A stretch of 64,000 nucleotides of DNA from Candidatus Methanomethylophilaceae archaeon (GTDB taxonomy: Archaea > Thermoplasmatota > Thermoplasmata > Methanomassiliicoccales > Methanomethylophilaceae): NCBI GenBank assembly GCA_944320495.1, contig CALUHR010000006.1:1-64000 (forward strand). Direction: 5' to 3'. Every line of letters begins with the position of its first letter. Position 1 is the first letter of the stretch. Both the position numbers and the translations under genes were made by a program. The notes beneath the pieces are model-generated. The model was not told the origin of the DNA. It searched no databases and saw only the letters and a list, made by a program, of their open reading frames with translations. Below are positions 62,032-64,000 of this stretch, piece after piece.

Positions 62032-63134
62032 AAATGGGAAACAACAAGAGAATGTACATAGACATACATGTGATTCAGACGATTCCGCCCAGCTGCGTGA
62101 ACCGCGATGACACAGGCAGCCCGAAGACGTGCACATATGGGGGCACCAACCGTTCGAGGGTGTCGTCCCAGAGCTGGAAGAGGGCTGTCAGGGAGTATTT
62201 CAAAGGAACAGTTGATGAAGGGGAGCTCGGAACCAGGACGAAGAAGATTGTCGAGCTCGTGTACGAGGAGATAGTCAGGCAGGACCCTTCTATCCCCGAG
62301 GCAAATGCACAGAAGATGGCCGTGGACGTCCTGACTGCAGCCGGCATCCAGATTGCGAAGAAGAAGGGCAAGGATGACGATGGGGATGATGTCCCGGAGG
62401 CCAAGGCTCTGTTCTTCATGAGCAGGAAGCAGGCGGAGAACGTAGCCGCTCTCGCGATTGCAGGGGGTTACGACAAGAAGAAGGCCCAGGCCGCCCTAAA
62501 CGCCGGTACCGGCATCGACATAGCCCTCTTCGGTCGCATGGTGGCCGATGATCCTAGCATGAACGCTGATGCCTCGGCGCAGGTGGCACACGCCATCTCC
62601 ACCCATCGTGTCACGAACGAGTTCGACTACTACACGGCGGTGGACGAGAGATCCCCTGCCGACAATCCCGGTGCAGGGATGATCGGTACCATCGAGTTCA
62701 ATTCGTCGACGATGTACCGCTATGCCACGGTGGCCGTCCATGATCTCGAGAGGCAGCTGTCAGATGACCCATCGGTAACTGCCATCGCCGTGAGGGAGTT
62801 CGTCAGGGCGTTCATACTGTCCATGCCCACCGGAAAGATGAACACGTTCGCCAACAGGACGATCCCCGAGTACGTGCTAATCGAGCTCCGCGATGATCAG
62901 CCGGTCAACTGCGCCGCGGCCTTCGAGACCCCGGTTCAGCCTGGAAGGGACAAGGGCGGATACTCGGAGAACTCCGTCAAGGCTCTAGAATCATATGTCT
63001 ATTCGATACGTAGCTTCGTTCCGCCGGCAATCAGGGAATGGCGTATCAGCGGAGGCGTGGACACGGATGCAGAGACCGTCAGTCTCCAGGCGGCCCTTGA
63101 TCAGATCGTGTCAGCGATCTCCGAGGAGCAGTGA
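62028..63134 (+). CDS. cas7: Cas7 (CasC)
   Basis: IH.IQT.PPSCVNRDDTGSPKT, RVSSQSWKRA.R, DIALFGRM.A, QVAHAISTH, DY.TAVD. Confidence 0.96.
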   Translation: MKMGNNKRMYIDIHVIQTIPPSCVNRDDTGSPKTCTYGGTNRSRVSSQSWKRAVREYFKGTVDEGELGTRTKKIVELVYEEIVRQDPSIPEANAQKMAVDVLTAAGIQIAKKKGKDDDGDDVPEAKALFFMSRKQAENVAALAIAGGYDKKKAQAALNAGTGIDIALFGRMVADDPSMNADASAQVAHAISTHRVTNEFDYYTAVDERSPADNPGAGMIGTIEFNSSTMYRYATVAVHDLERQLSDDPSVTAIAVREFVRAFILSMPTGKMNTFANRTIPEYVLIELRDDQPVNCAAAFETPVQPGRDKGGYSENSVKALESYVYSIRSFVPPAIREWRISGGVDTDAETVSLQAALDQIVSAISEEQ

Positions 63135-63135
63135 G

Positions 63136-63849
63136 ATGCCTACCGTGCTGCTGAGGCTGGCCGCGCCCATGCAGTCATGGGGTGTGGACAGTGTATACAA
63201 CACGAGATCCTCGGGCGTGATGCCATCTAAGAGTGCCGTGATAGGGCTTGTGGCCTCCGCCATGGGGCGCTCGAGGCGTGATGTGCTGGACGATCTCAGC
63301 GACCTCAGGTTCGGTGTCAGGGCGGATCAGCCCGGAAGGATGATGAGGGATTACCAAACGGTCGGGAATCCGAAGAAGGACGAGGTCATGTTCACCATCG
63401 ACCGTTACTATCTGTCGGACGCCATATTCCTGGCAGGTCTGGAAGGGGATGCGGGCATCGTAGGGGACATAGACGCAGCTCTAAAGAGCCCCATGTTCCC
63501 GCCGTTCCTCGGCAGGCGCTCATGTCCTCCCACCCAGCCTCTGTCGTTGGGCGTCCGTGATTTCGGATTGACAGAGGCGCTGTCACAGGAGGGGTGGCAG
63601 GCATCCGCATGGTACAGACGCAAGTCCCTGCCGAAGGTCAGCCTGGAGGCGGTCATGGATTCCGATGCCGAAGGGGCGGATTCCATGGTGCGCGATGTGC
63701 CGGAATCGTTCGATCCCAGGCGTCGCGAGTACGGATACCGCCAGGTGCGTCATGTTCTCGATTTCGTATCGTTCGATAATCCGGACAGTCGCAGAAAACC
63801 GATCGTCACGGATCACGACCCCATTTCAGTGATCAGGGGGTCCAGCCGA
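63136..63849 (+). CDS. cas5: Cas5 (CasD), CGA-terminated
   Basis: L.L.APMQSWG, PSKSAVIGL, R.YL.DA.F, LGRRSCPP; first CGA overlaps the cas6e ATG by 1 nt. Confidence 0.94.
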
Positions 63850-64000
63850 TGTATCTCTCTCGTGTGGAGGTCAATCCGCGCAGACGCAGCACCCTGTCGA
63901 TGATGGAGTCCCAGCAGCGCATGCACGCCGCGGTCATGGCCAGCTTCCCATCCTTCGGTCCGGGGGAGACTGACAGGGTGTTGTGGAGGGTGGACCATCT
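63849..64000 (+). CDS. cas6e: Cas6e (CasE), truncated by window edge
   Basis: MYLSRVEVNPRRR...MHAAVMASFP...RVLWRVD. Confidence 0.88.
   Translation, partial: MYLSRVEVNPRRRSTLSMMESQQRMHAAVMASFPSFGPGETDRVLWRVDH

Noticed and set aside
5264-63849. Random TGA-to-CGA sequencing error as the explanation for CGA ends
   Set aside because: Disfavoured, not excluded: changing roughly a fifth to a quarter of stops should also turn many ATG-A/CTG-A/GTG-A codons into Thr/Pro/Ala, yet conserved motifs look intact, and it would not explain missing internal CGA. Needs reads.
5264-63849. Global C-to-U editing of every CGA trinucleotide
   Set aside because: Would damage conserved codons such as CCG-ATG in Cas3 EAPMGEGKT; only site-specific editing remains possible.
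57005-64000. CRISPR array
   Set aside because: No repeat-spacer structure in the window; the 9-bp units upstream of cas3 are too short and lack spacers.
1-64000. Transposase, integrase, rRNA or tRNA genes
   Set aside because: None recognised.

Overview
GC-rich archaeal chromosome segment, most likely Methanomassiliicoccales (inferred from HMG-CoA synthase/thiolase/DUF35, LonB, Cgi121, Hel308, EgsA, UPF0179 and amber read-through). It has about 57 CDSs: housekeeping genes plus three accessory blocks, namely decayed DUF4241/DUF2262 genes (1-1.4 kb), an ATPase+TOPRIM / DUF2075 / MazG-like block (16-21 kb), and a Shango system followed by a type I-E cas operon cut by the window edge (51-64 kb). 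No CRISPR array, rRNA or tRNA was recognised. The main signal is an apparent non-standard genetic code. In 15 CDSs the first in-frame CGA sits at or near the expected stop. Ten of these are supported by family-typical C-termini or by removal of implausible overlaps (e.g. ...SLFDF-CGA, ...DEDLGF-CGA, a CGATG stop/start junction, two convergent genes ending at CGA 7 nt apart). No internal CGA was seen in about 4,000 manually read codons. TAG ends no well-supported gene and appears read through in cas3 and in a PH-domain gene. Working hypothesis: CGA acts as a stop and TAG is a sense codon (probably pyrrolysine). Feature coordinates below use that reading. C-to-U editing or base-calling error still need excluding with reads and genome-wide data.
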